Positions 1 to 7,878 of a stretch of 64,000 bases of DNA are shown in pieces (the first letter of the stretch is position 1; each line of letters begins with the position of its first letter). This DNA comes from Vulcanimicrobiota bacterium. GTDB lineage: Bacteria; Vulcanimicrobiota; Vulcanimicrobiia; Vulcanimicrobiales; Vulcanimicrobiaceae. Below the pieces are notes generated by a model. The model searched no databases and was not told the DNA's origin. It worked only from the letters and a program-made list of their open reading frames with translations. The translations under genes and the position numbers were made by a program. The stretch spans positions 36,411 through 100,410 of the forward strand of contig PLLF01000111.1 in the NCBI GenBank assembly GCA_003140855.1. The letters run 5' to 3'.

Positions 1-1
1 C

Positions 2-196
2 GCCGGCCTCGCGAAAAAAGAATTCATGGTGGGACAAGCCGAGGCTGACGCGGCCGCAGCCAAGGCTCGCGAGGATGCGCGCTTGCGCGCCGATGAAGCG
101 CGCGCGGACGTGATGCAAAACGTTCCGCAGAGCGCGTCCGGCACCGGCGTAGACGTTCCGCCGCCGACTCCCGACAAAGGAACGTTAAGCAGCTAA
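2..196 (+). CDS. 3' end of an ORF entering from the left edge; low-complexity Ala/Glu/Arg/Pro tail, possibly a TatA/TatB-type component
   Basis: Frame 2 is open from the window edge to TAA at 194-196 (...AEADAAAAKAREDARLRADEARADVMQNVPQSASGTGVDVPPPTPDKGTLSS*). It ends 6 nt before tatC, the usual tatA/tatB position. No diagnostic domain is visible in the fragment. Confidence 0.3.
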   Translation, partial: AGLAKKEFMVGQAEADAAAAKAREDARLRADEARADVMQNVPQSASGTGVDVPPPTPDKGTLSS

Positions 197-202
197 CCTG
201 CC

Positions 203-946
203 GTGCCTGAAACCTGGGACCAAAAAGAAATGAGCTTTACGGAGCACCTTCGGGAGCTCCGTAAGCGTCTATTGATCTCGCTCGTCACCGTCTTCGGCCT
301 GGGCGTGATCATGTTCATCCCCTCGCCGCGCGTGATTGACTTCCTGAAAGACGCATACTTCCACAAAGTGCAGCTGCACGCGTTCGGGCCAGCGGACGCG
401 ATCCTCGCGGAGTTCAAATTTTCAATCTACGCGGCGATCGTGCTGGGGCTGCCCATACTCTTATATCAAATGTGGATGTTCGTGGTGCCGGCTTTTCATC
501 CGCGCACGCGCAGTTTGGTTTACGTCTACGTCGCTCCGTCGTTGCTGCTGGCCTTGGCGGGCATAGCTTTCGCGCATTTTGTCGTGCTTCCGCGCGTCGT
601 CGGCGCACTGATCGGAATAACCAACAACATCGCGACGCCCACTTTCGGAATCGAATCGACGATCAATTTCATCCTGCTGATCTTCTTGGCGTTCGCGCTC
701 ATTTTTCAAACGCCGGTCATCATGGTGGCACTCGCACGCATCGGCATCATCAACTCGGCCTTCCTGCGAAGGAACCGCAAGTATTTCTTGTTCGGGTTTT
801 TCGTTTTCGGCGCGATCGCGGCGCCCGACGGAAACCCGCTGACGATGGCGCTGATGGCCCTCCCCATGTACGTCCTCTACGAAGCCAGTCTGTGGATTAT
901 CGTCCTGCTCGAGAAGTCGTGGCGCGTGGAAGCCTCGGTATCCTAA
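203..946 (+). CDS. tatC: Twin-arginine translocase subunit TatC
   Basis: 247-aa ORF with an N-terminal MSFTEHLRELRKRL motif and six hydrophobic spans typical of TatC. Start is GTG at 203 or in-frame ATG at 230. Confidence 0.9.
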   Translation: MPETWDQKEMSFTEHLRELRKRLLISLVTVFGLGVIMFIPSPRVIDFLKDAYFHKVQLHAFGPADAILAEFKFSIYAAIVLGLPILLYQMWMFVVPAFHPRTRSLVYVYVAPSLLLALAGIAFAHFVVLPRVVGALIGITNNIATPTFGIESTINFILLIFLAFALIFQTPVIMVALARIGIINSAFLRRNRKYFLFGFFVFGAIAAPDGNPLTMALMALPMYVLYEASLWIIVLLEKSWRVEASVS

Positions 947-956
947 GATCGTAACG

Positions 957-2330
957 ATGCGGGCCCTGTACGACGATTTCACACGCACGTTCGGCAACGT
1001 GCTCTTTGCCGTGGTGCTGTTCGTGGTGTGGGGACTCCTGACGCTGATCGGCGTGATCGTCGATCAGGGCAAAGACTCGACCGTATACTTCCAAGCCTAC
1101 GCTGCGCCACTCGCCCGCGTGATCTTGCGGCTGAATCTCGACAACATCTACCATACGCCGTACTACGTCGGCATCATCGGGCTCATTTTGCTTTCGCTAG
1201 CCGTGTGTACATTCAAGCGGGTAATTCCTGCGCGGCTGCCTCCGCTACGGTCCGTTGCGATCGAGAAAATTCCGCTGCACGCGTCCATCGACGTGCAGGG
1301 TGATCCCGAGAACATTCGCGATCGCGTCGAAAAGTTTTTTCGCGCGCGCGGCTGGCACGTTCGTAAACGCGAGTTCGGCGGAGTCGAGTGGACGTTTGCG
1401 GACAAACACAACTGGGCGCGTCGCGGCGTCCTCGTCGCGCACGCGGGATTCGTCATTATCGCGGCCGGTACGTCGATTTACTGGGCTCGAGGGTTTTCGG
1501 GCGACGAAACGATCGTCGCCGGCCAAACCGTTTCCGTGCCGCACACGCAGACGTCGATAAAACTCGACGGGTTTTCGTACAAGATCAAACCTATCGTTAC
1601 CAAGAGCGGCATGATCTATCAGCCGATCGACTATGTTTCACGGGTCACCGCAACCGGCAGCGACGGCGTGCCGCGCCAAGCCGTCATACGCGTCAATCAT
1701 CCGCTCGACGTGGACGGCACGCTGTACTACCAATCCAGCTACGGATTCGCTTTACGTTTTCACGTGACGCACGGCGGCACGCGGGTTCCGGCCTTGGAGA
1801 ACCGTGACTACCTCACCGGCGATGAAATCGCGCTTCCGGGAACGCAGCGCACGATCGCCGTTGCGCAATTCGTCCCGACGGTCGATCGCGCGAGCGGCCA
1901 AGCTTCAGCCGATCCGCGCATCAACAATCCAGCCGTTTTCCTGCAAGTCTTCGACAACGGACAAGCCGCCGGTGCGGGATTGGTGCCGATGAAAGCTTCG
2001 ATCGACGTGGGCGGCGGCTGGCGAATCAGGCCGGAGCGTTACCTGTTGGTCAGCGGCTTGCAGTACCGGTACGATCCGGGCGTAGCGCTCGTCGGCATCG
2101 GTGCATTCGTGCTCTTGGCGGGCCTCGTGATCTCCTTTTACATGCTTCCCGCGCGCATGTTCGTCCGGCTCGATCCGGCGCCCGCAGGCGCGCGCATCGC
2201 ACTCGCTGCCACCACGGTCAAAGGGTACGATATTTTCGAGACGCAATTCAACGAACTGGTCGCGCAGCTCGAACGCGATTTCAAACCGCCCCGGCCGGCG
2301 CCGAAACTCAATCTCGCGGAGGCCACGTAA
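957..2330 (+). CDS. resB: Cytochrome c biogenesis protein ResB/Ccs1 (System II)
   Basis: 457 aa with N-terminal TM helices, a large soluble loop and a C-terminal TM, which is ResB architecture. It lies directly upstream of ccsA with a 5-nt gap. Confidence 0.8.
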   Translation: MRALYDDFTRTFGNVLFAVVLFVVWGLLTLIGVIVDQGKDSTVYFQAYAAPLARVILRLNLDNIYHTPYYVGIIGLILLSLAVCTFKRVIPARLPPLRSVAIEKIPLHASIDVQGDPENIRDRVEKFFRARGWHVRKREFGGVEWTFADKHNWARRGVLVAHAGFVIIAAGTSIYWARGFSGDETIVAGQTVSVPHTQTSIKLDGFSYKIKPIVTKSGMIYQPIDYVSRVTATGSDGVPRQAVIRVNHPLDVDGTLYYQSSYGFALRFHVTHGGTRVPALENRDYLTGDEIALPGTQRTIAVAQFVPTVDRASGQASADPRINNPAVFLQVFDNGQAAGAGLVPMKASIDVGGGWRIRPERYLLVSGLQYRYDPGVALVGIGAFVLLAGLVISFYMLPARMFVRLDPAPAGARIALAATTVKGYDIFETQFNELVAQLERDFKPPRPAPKLNLAEAT

Positions 2331-2335
2331 CAGCC

Positions 2336-3262
2336 ATGCAGAGCCATATGCCCTTAGACGAAGTGCTCATGATTATTGCGCTCGGCGCGTACGTCGTCAG
2401 TGCGCTGCTGCTGCTCGTGTACTTTTTCTCGCGCGACGAGTGGCTCAAGCACTTAGGAATTCCGCTCGCCATCGCCGGGTGCGTCGCGCAGTTCGCGCAG
2501 CTAACCGCCCGCTACGAGATCACGCACGTCTGGCCGCTCTTGAACCTCTACGGTTCGCTTTCATTATTCGCGGCAGTCTCCGTTGCGATCTTCATCATCT
2601 TTGCTTTTCGTTATAATTTGTGGTTTGCGGGCGGCTTCGTCATCGCACTGGCAGCGCTGTTTCTCGCCTACGGCGTGACGTGGAACGAAGGCTCGATGCC
2701 GGCGGTCCCTTCGCTGCAATCCTACTGGGCAAAGATTCACGTCCCGCTTGTCGTGTCGTCCTACGCGGCGTTCATGGTAGCGTTCGTGATGTCGGTACTG
2801 TTCTTGGTCAAATACTATTTCGAAAGATCGCTATCCGGTCAAACCGTCGACGCGGCAGCGGCCGGGACGGTTGCCGTCAGGATGGACTCTCCCGGCATCG
2901 CGGCAGCAGCTGCGCAAGGCAACGCCGGCGCGCAATGGCTCAACACGATTCCAAGCTTGGCGCAGCTGGACGTTTTGATTTACAGGATCGTGGCCGTCGG
3001 GCTTCCGTTGCTCACGCTCGGCATCATCACCGGCGCGATGTGGGCGCATGAATCCTGGGGAGCGTACTGGCAGTGGGATCCCAAGGAAACGGCTGCCTTG
3101 TTCTCCTGGATCGTCTATGCCATCTACATGCATTTGCACACGCGCAACGCGTGGCGCGGAGTGCGCACCGCCTGGGTCAGCGTCGTGGGCTTCATCTCGA
3201 TTATGTTTTGTTACTTCGGCGTCAATCTCTGGATAAGCGGGCTGCACAGCTACAAACTCTAG
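2336..3262 (+). CDS. ccsA: Cytochrome c assembly protein CcsA/ResC (System II)
   Basis: 308-aa polytopic protein with the Trp-rich haem-handling motif WGAYWQWDPKE and flanking His residues. It is paired with resB. Confidence 0.9.
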   Translation: MQSHMPLDEVLMIIALGAYVVSALLLLVYFFSRDEWLKHLGIPLAIAGCVAQFAQLTARYEITHVWPLLNLYGSLSLFAAVSVAIFIIFAFRYNLWFAGGFVIALAALFLAYGVTWNEGSMPAVPSLQSYWAKIHVPLVVSSYAAFMVAFVMSVLFLVKYYFERSLSGQTVDAAAAGTVAVRMDSPGIAAAAAQGNAGAQWLNTIPSLAQLDVLIYRIVAVGLPLLTLGIITGAMWAHESWGAYWQWDPKETAALFSWIVYAIYMHLHTRNAWRGVRTAWVSVVGFISIMFCYFGVNLWISGLHSYKL

Positions 3263-3344
3263 GGAGGCGCTGCTCCGCCGCTAAGAGGTTGGTCGTGGCG
3301 GCGGCGGAAATGCCGCCCTACAATCGGAGTGAAGGAGACGCGAT

Positions 3345-3995
3345 TTGTCGAGTCACGCGCGGCCCGGCGGCCACGAAGAAGCCGAAACGCCCCAAGAGAT
3401 TTCCCGCCGCCAGTGGATGGGCAATGCGACCATTGCCATAAGCGGCGTCATCGGCCTCACGCTGGCTATCCCCATCGTGGGCTCGCTGATCCCGGACGTC
3501 GGCGCCGGCGGCGCCACCTGGACTCCCCTGGATGAAAATGGCTGGACGCAGCTGCAGGCCGCAACCGACACGCCCGTCCACATCGATATCAACCTCAAGA
3601 GTAAGGACGCGTACCTGCCCGAGCAAAGTTCGCCGCAGTCCGTGTGGGGCATAAAGGTCAAAGATCCGCTGAAATTCATGCGCGATCGCAGCGACCTTTT
3701 CGGACCGGACGGAAAAGATTTGCTTCCTTACCCCATAGTCAACATGGGCTTTGTCCTGTTCAGTCCGATCTGTCCGCATCTAGGTTGCTACTACCAATGG
3801 CAAGGCGCGCAGAACCGATTCTTGTGCCCGTGCCATGGCTCGACGTACGATCCGAACGGCGCGCTTACCCACGGACCGGCCGCGCGCGGATTAGATCCGC
3901 TGCCGCTGCGCGAGGCGACCGGCGTCGCACAGTGCGAATGGATTCGCTACGCGCCGACCATTCCGGATCGTCTCGTGATTTCGTACACCGCATAA
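3345..3995 (+). CDS. Rieske [2Fe-2S] subunit of a cytochrome bc/b6f-type complex
   Basis: Cluster-binding boxes CPHLGC and CPCHGS. Twin-arginine signal SRRQWMG followed by a TM helix. TTG start preceded by a GGAG Shine-Dalgarno sequence (about 3333). Confidence 0.9.
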   Translation: MSSHARPGGHEEAETPQEISRRQWMGNATIAISGVIGLTLAIPIVGSLIPDVGAGGATWTPLDENGWTQLQAATDTPVHIDINLKSKDAYLPEQSSPQSVWGIKVKDPLKFMRDRSDLFGPDGKDLLPYPIVNMGFVLFSPICPHLGCYYQWQGAQNRFLCPCHGSTYDPNGALTHGPAARGLDPLPLREATGVAQCEWIRYAPTIPDRLVISYTA

Positions 3996-5437
3996 TGCTG
4001 AACTGGATCGAGCGCCGTACCGGCTTTATCAGCATGACGAAGAATTTCTTGACCGAGGACGTCCCCGGCGGCGCGAGCTATTGGTACGTCTTCGGCAGCG
4101 CGACGCTTTTCGCGATGATCGTGCAGATCGTCACCGGCATCTTCTTGACGTTCTTCTACGCGCCGTCGGCGATGACGGCGTGGGAGTCCACTAAATACAT
4201 CTACGATCATCCGTTCCAGCACACCGTATTGAGCATCCACTACTGGGGCGCATCGGCGATGATCGCCCTGGTCTTCCTGCACTTGCTGCAAGCCGTGATC
4301 TGGGGAGCGTACAAATCGCCGCGCGAGATTCAATGGATCGTCGGCGTGCTGCTGCTGCTGGTCACGATGGTGCTCGGGCTCACGGGCTATTTGCTGCCGT
4401 GGGACATGGACGCATATTTTGCGTCGCAAGTCGCCATCAACCTTACGCTCAACGTCCCGTTCATCGGCGGCTGGATACAACAGTTCGTACAAGACGGCAC
4501 GACCATGGGAACGCTCACGATCAACCGCTTTTTCGGATTGCACGTCTGGCTGATGCCTGCGGCGCTCGTCGCTCTCGTCGCGGCCCACTTGACGATCTTC
4601 CGCTGGAACGGATCGGCCGGGCCGCCCGTCGAGGATCCGCGTCCGCTGCGCAAAGGCCGCTTCTGGCCCGATCAGCTGTTCATGGATACCGTCGCTTCAC
4701 TCTTGGTGCTGATCGGCATCCTGGCGCTGTCGACGTTCTGGCCGCCGTTCCTCGACGCGAAAGCCGACCCGACGGTGCAATTCACTCCCTATCCCGCGTG
4801 GTATTTCCTCGATCTCTTCGGCCTGCTCAATCTCGTGCCGGGCAATTTGGAAATAGTGGGCGCGATCATCATTCCGGGTTTCGCGACGACGGTGCTGCTG
4901 CTGCTGCCGTGGATCGATCGCAGCACCACACGCGTCTTAGGGTCGCGCAAGTTCATCCTGTGGCTATTGGGCGTTTCGCTCGCGATCATCTGGTGGCTGA
5001 CGATCTGGAGTCAGCTCTCGATCATGGATAAACAAAAACACACTCCAACGGCCGCTCCGCCTGCGGCTGCGGCCAAAGCACCGGCGAGCACGACCGCGGC
5101 TATGAGTCCCGCTGCGAAAGCCGGGCAAGCCGTCTACACGCAAAATTGCAGTTCGTGTCACGGCGCGGCCGGCGCAGGCATGCCCCCGAACTTCCCGCCG
5201 CTGGCCGGCAATCCGTTCGTGACCGGCGATCCCAACCAGGTCATTCTCACCGTTTTGAACGGCAAGACCGGCGCCATTCAAGCCAATGGCCAAACCTACA
5301 ACGGTCAGATGCCGGCTTGGAAATCGTCGCTTTCGAATACCGACATCGCCAACGTCGTCACATACATACGCTCGGCGCTCGGTCCCAACCGTGCCGGCGC
5401 TGTGATCACGACGGACGTCGCAAAACTCAAGAAATAA
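3995..5437 (+). CDS. Cytochrome b (b6-like plus subunit IV-like regions) fused to a C-terminal monohaem cytochrome c domain
   Basis: The ATG at 3995 overlaps the Rieske stop (ATAATG). The N-terminus MLNWIERRTGF...YWYVFGSATLF is typical of cytochrome b, with conserved His in TM helices. The C-terminal 90 aa carry CSSCHG plus a downstream Met (NGQMPAW). The track ORF from 3644 is an Arg-rich upstream extension that I discard. Confidence 0.85.
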   Translation: MLNWIERRTGFISMTKNFLTEDVPGGASYWYVFGSATLFAMIVQIVTGIFLTFFYAPSAMTAWESTKYIYDHPFQHTVLSIHYWGASAMIALVFLHLLQAVIWGAYKSPREIQWIVGVLLLLVTMVLGLTGYLLPWDMDAYFASQVAINLTLNVPFIGGWIQQFVQDGTTMGTLTINRFFGLHVWLMPAALVALVAAHLTIFRWNGSAGPPVEDPRPLRKGRFWPDQLFMDTVASLLVLIGILALSTFWPPFLDAKADPTVQFTPYPAWYFLDLFGLLNLVPGNLEIVGAIIIPGFATTVLLLLPWIDRSTTRVLGSRKFILWLLGVSLAIIWWLTIWSQLSIMDKQKHTPTAAPPAAAAKAPASTTAAMSPAAKAGQAVYTQNCSSCHGAAGAGMPPNFPPLAGNPFVTGDPNQVILTVLNGKTGAIQANGQTYNGQMPAWKSSLSNTDIANVVTYIRSALGPNRAGAVITTDVAKLKK

Positions 5438-5441
5438 ACCC

Positions 5442-6179
5442 ATGCTGGAGTCCGGGGAAAGGGAAGCGCTACTTCACGCCTTAGGCGCCGAAGAAAATGC
5501 GCTAATCGATGCCGAACGAATCGCGCTCGATCGCGACGGCTACGTCGTCTTGCGAGATATTTTGAATGCCGCACAGCTCGCGGACGTTCGCGCGGCCATC
5601 GAGAGGCTGATCGCACAAGCTCGGCTCGATCCGACGTGGCACGCCGGCGGCACGCTGCACCTGATCGATCTCGTCAACGACCCCGCATTCGACCCGGTGT
5701 GGAAATCTAGTCGCCTCTTGTCGGCGATCGCTCACGTGATCGGCTACGATCTGCGCATCGGCTCGGTTACGTACCGCGCCCCCAAACCCGGCTACGGAGC
5801 GCAAGCGCTGCACGCCGACTACATGCAAGGGTATCGCGGAGAATACCAAGTCGCGACGGCCATCGTCGCGTTGATTGACTTCACGGAAACCAATGGCCCG
5901 ACGCGCATCGTGCCGGGTTCGCACTTGCCGGGAGAGATCGCCGTGCCATCCGATACCGATACGCCGCATCCGAATCAGCGCCTCATGACCTGCAGCGCCG
6001 GCTCCGCGATCGTTTTCAACGGCCACCTGTTGCACTCGGGAACGCGCAACGCTTCGCAAGAGACGCGTCACGCCCTGCAGGTTACATTCGCAAGACACGG
6101 CGCCCCGGTCACGGGAACGGTTCGCATAGAGAACGCGACGCTCGATCGCGTGGGCGACGCAGCCTTCCTATTTATTTAA
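5442..6179 (+). CDS. Phytanoyl-CoA dioxygenase (PhyH) family Fe(II)/2-oxoglutarate oxygenase
   Basis: HxD facial-triad motif (LHADY), NGPTRIVPGSH, and a distal His (LLHSGTRN). 245 aa. Confidence 0.7.
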   Translation: MLESGEREALLHALGAEENALIDAERIALDRDGYVVLRDILNAAQLADVRAAIERLIAQARLDPTWHAGGTLHLIDLVNDPAFDPVWKSSRLLSAIAHVIGYDLRIGSVTYRAPKPGYGAQALHADYMQGYRGEYQVATAIVALIDFTETNGPTRIVPGSHLPGEIAVPSDTDTPHPNQRLMTCSAGSAIVFNGHLLHSGTRNASQETRHALQVTFARHGAPVTGTVRIENATLDRVGDAAFLFI

Positions 6180-7876
6180 GACGCGCAGCGTGGGCCGGTG
6201 TACAAGTATAGATTCGCTTCACCCCACGTTGCGACGATCCGGCGCGTCCGTCCAAAAGTGGCTTGCGTGAACGGCTTATGGCGCGGAGCGATCAGCCAGA
6301 GGCGCGGCGAGCCGCAAATGACGATGCGCGGCTCGACGGCATGCTCCCCGAGCGGCTCGCCGGGGCGTGCGAAAACGTAGATGCCCGGCTGCGTGTAAAA
6401 GACCAGGGCGTTACCGCCCGCGAAGTTTTGTATTGCGACGGCGTCGCCGGGTTCGCGCCGGCGGTCGATCACCGCGGCCAGGTGGGGCACGGGCTTGAAC
6501 CCGTCGCCCTGCGGCAACACGATAAAAGCCAAGAGCCCAAACGCTGCAACCATCGCTAGGGCTAAGACGTAGGGCGCGGCATAAGCGTTCCGGCGGTTCA
6601 ACAGCGTAACGAAGCTGATGATGGAGCCCGCGAAGATCGCGGCTCCGACCCAAATCAAGCTGCGTGCCGCAACGGCTAATTCGACAGTCAAACGATTGTC
6701 GCGTGAAAACAGCACGATGGCGACCGCGACCATGAAGATCGTCAGCGGAACGGCAGCGGTGGAGATCAACGCGGAGCGGGAGCGCATGCGTTTGACGGCA
6801 GATTCGAAATACAGCGCCACCAGAACCGCGAGTGCGGGCAGTTCCAGCGCAACGTAGTTCGGCAACTTCGTGCGCGCGAAGCTAAAGAAAAGCAGCGGCA
6901 TCACGATCCATGCGACCGCGAGGCGCACGAGCTGATGCAGCGCGCGTTCGTCCGTTGTGGTCGCCGGTTCGCGCAGCCGCCGAACTGCCGACACAAGAGC
7001 CGACGGCAAGAACGCGATCCAAGGAAAGAATCCCAAAACGATCACGGGCAAGTAATACCAAACGGGTCCGCTTTGGCGTTCGATCGTTCCCGTATATCTT
7101 CCGAAGGTGTAGTGTCCGAAGAGCTCCATAACCGCGCCGCCGCCGGCGCGCGACCAGAGCGCCCCAAACCAAGGAACGGTAATCGCTCCAAAAAGCAGCA
7201 AGCCGGCTGCCCAGCCGCGCCAATCCGGCGGACGCGCATGGGTAGCGCGCCTCTCCCACAGGTAATACGGGAGCATAACGAGCAGCGCGATGACCAGTGC
7301 TACCGGTCCCTTCGCCAAGAAACCGATACCTGCGGCAGCCCAACCGTAGATGAAATAGCTGCTTCGGCCCGTTTGCACCGCGCGAAACCACGCGAAGATG
7401 TTTGCAGCCACGGCGAGATCGAGCAGCGCATCCATGATCGCGAGCCGGCCCACGATCGCTTGCATGAGGCACGTCGATAAAATGATGCCCGCATAGATGC
7501 CTGCGCGCAATCCGGCTTGCCGCGATACCGCGTATGCCGTCATCGCTCCCAGACCGATGGTCGCAAGCGCAGCCGGCAATCGCATCGCGAAAGTCGTTAC
7601 GCCGAAGACCTTCGCGCAAATCGCCGCGATCCAAAAATAGAGCGGCGGCTGGACGAACCATGGATCGCCGTTGAAATGTAAGACGATCCAGTCGCGGGCC
7701 AGGAAAATCTCACGGGCCACCTCGCCATAGGCGGTCTCGCTGTTGTCCCACAGAGTCCCGATGCCCAGGCCCGGCAGCGTGATCAGCGCGGCGGCAGCCG
7801 CTCCGATCAATGCGGCGCGCAGGGGGATTCGCATGCACTGCAGTTTTGGGCAGTCATCCAGCGAAGTCATGCGCAC
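6176..7876 (-). CDS. GT-C fold glycosyltransferase, ArnT/PMT (family 39/83)-like
   Basis: 566-aa polytopic membrane protein. The N-terminal loop ETAYGEVAREIF...PPLYFW resembles the ArnT/PMT catalytic loop. Start is uncertain: GTG 7876, ATG 7870 or ATG 7834. Confidence 0.75.
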   Translation of the reverse strand: MRMTSLDDCPKLQCMRIPLRAALIGAAAAALITLPGLGIGTLWDNSETAYGEVAREIFLARDWIVLHFNGDPWFVQPPLYFWIAAICAKVFGVTTFAMRLPAALATIGLGAMTAYAVSRQAGLRAGIYAGIILSTCLMQAIVGRLAIMDALLDLAVAANIFAWFRAVQTGRSSYFIYGWAAAGIGFLAKGPVALVIALLVMLPYYLWERRATHARPPDWRGWAAGLLLFGAITVPWFGALWSRAGGGAVMELFGHYTFGRYTGTIERQSGPVWYYLPVIVLGFFPWIAFLPSALVSAVRRLREPATTTDERALHQLVRLAVAWIVMPLLFFSFARTKLPNYVALELPALAVLVALYFESAVKRMRSRSALISTAAVPLTIFMVAVAIVLFSRDNRLTVELAVAARSLIWVGAAIFAGSIISFVTLLNRRNAYAAPYVLALAMVAAFGLLAFIVLPQGDGFKPVPHLAAVIDRRREPGDAVAIQNFAGGNALVFYTQPGIYVFARPGEPLGEHAVEPRIVICGSPRLWLIAPRHKPFTQATFGRTRRIVATWGEANLYLYTGPRCAS

Positions 7877-7878
7877 GA

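Noticed and set aside
3263-3344. Possible promoter (TTGGTC ... TACAAT) and GGCGGC-GGAAAT-GCCGCC hairpin upstream of the Rieske gene
   Set aside because: The spacer between the hexamers is about 24 nt, too long for a sigma-70 promoter. The hairpin could attenuate readthrough from ccsA, but the evidence is too thin to call.
3644-3994. Upstream 117-codon extension of the cytochrome b ORF
   Set aside because: It overlaps the Rieske gene in another frame and is Arg-rich. The family-typical N-terminus begins at ATG 3995, which is coupled to the Rieske stop.
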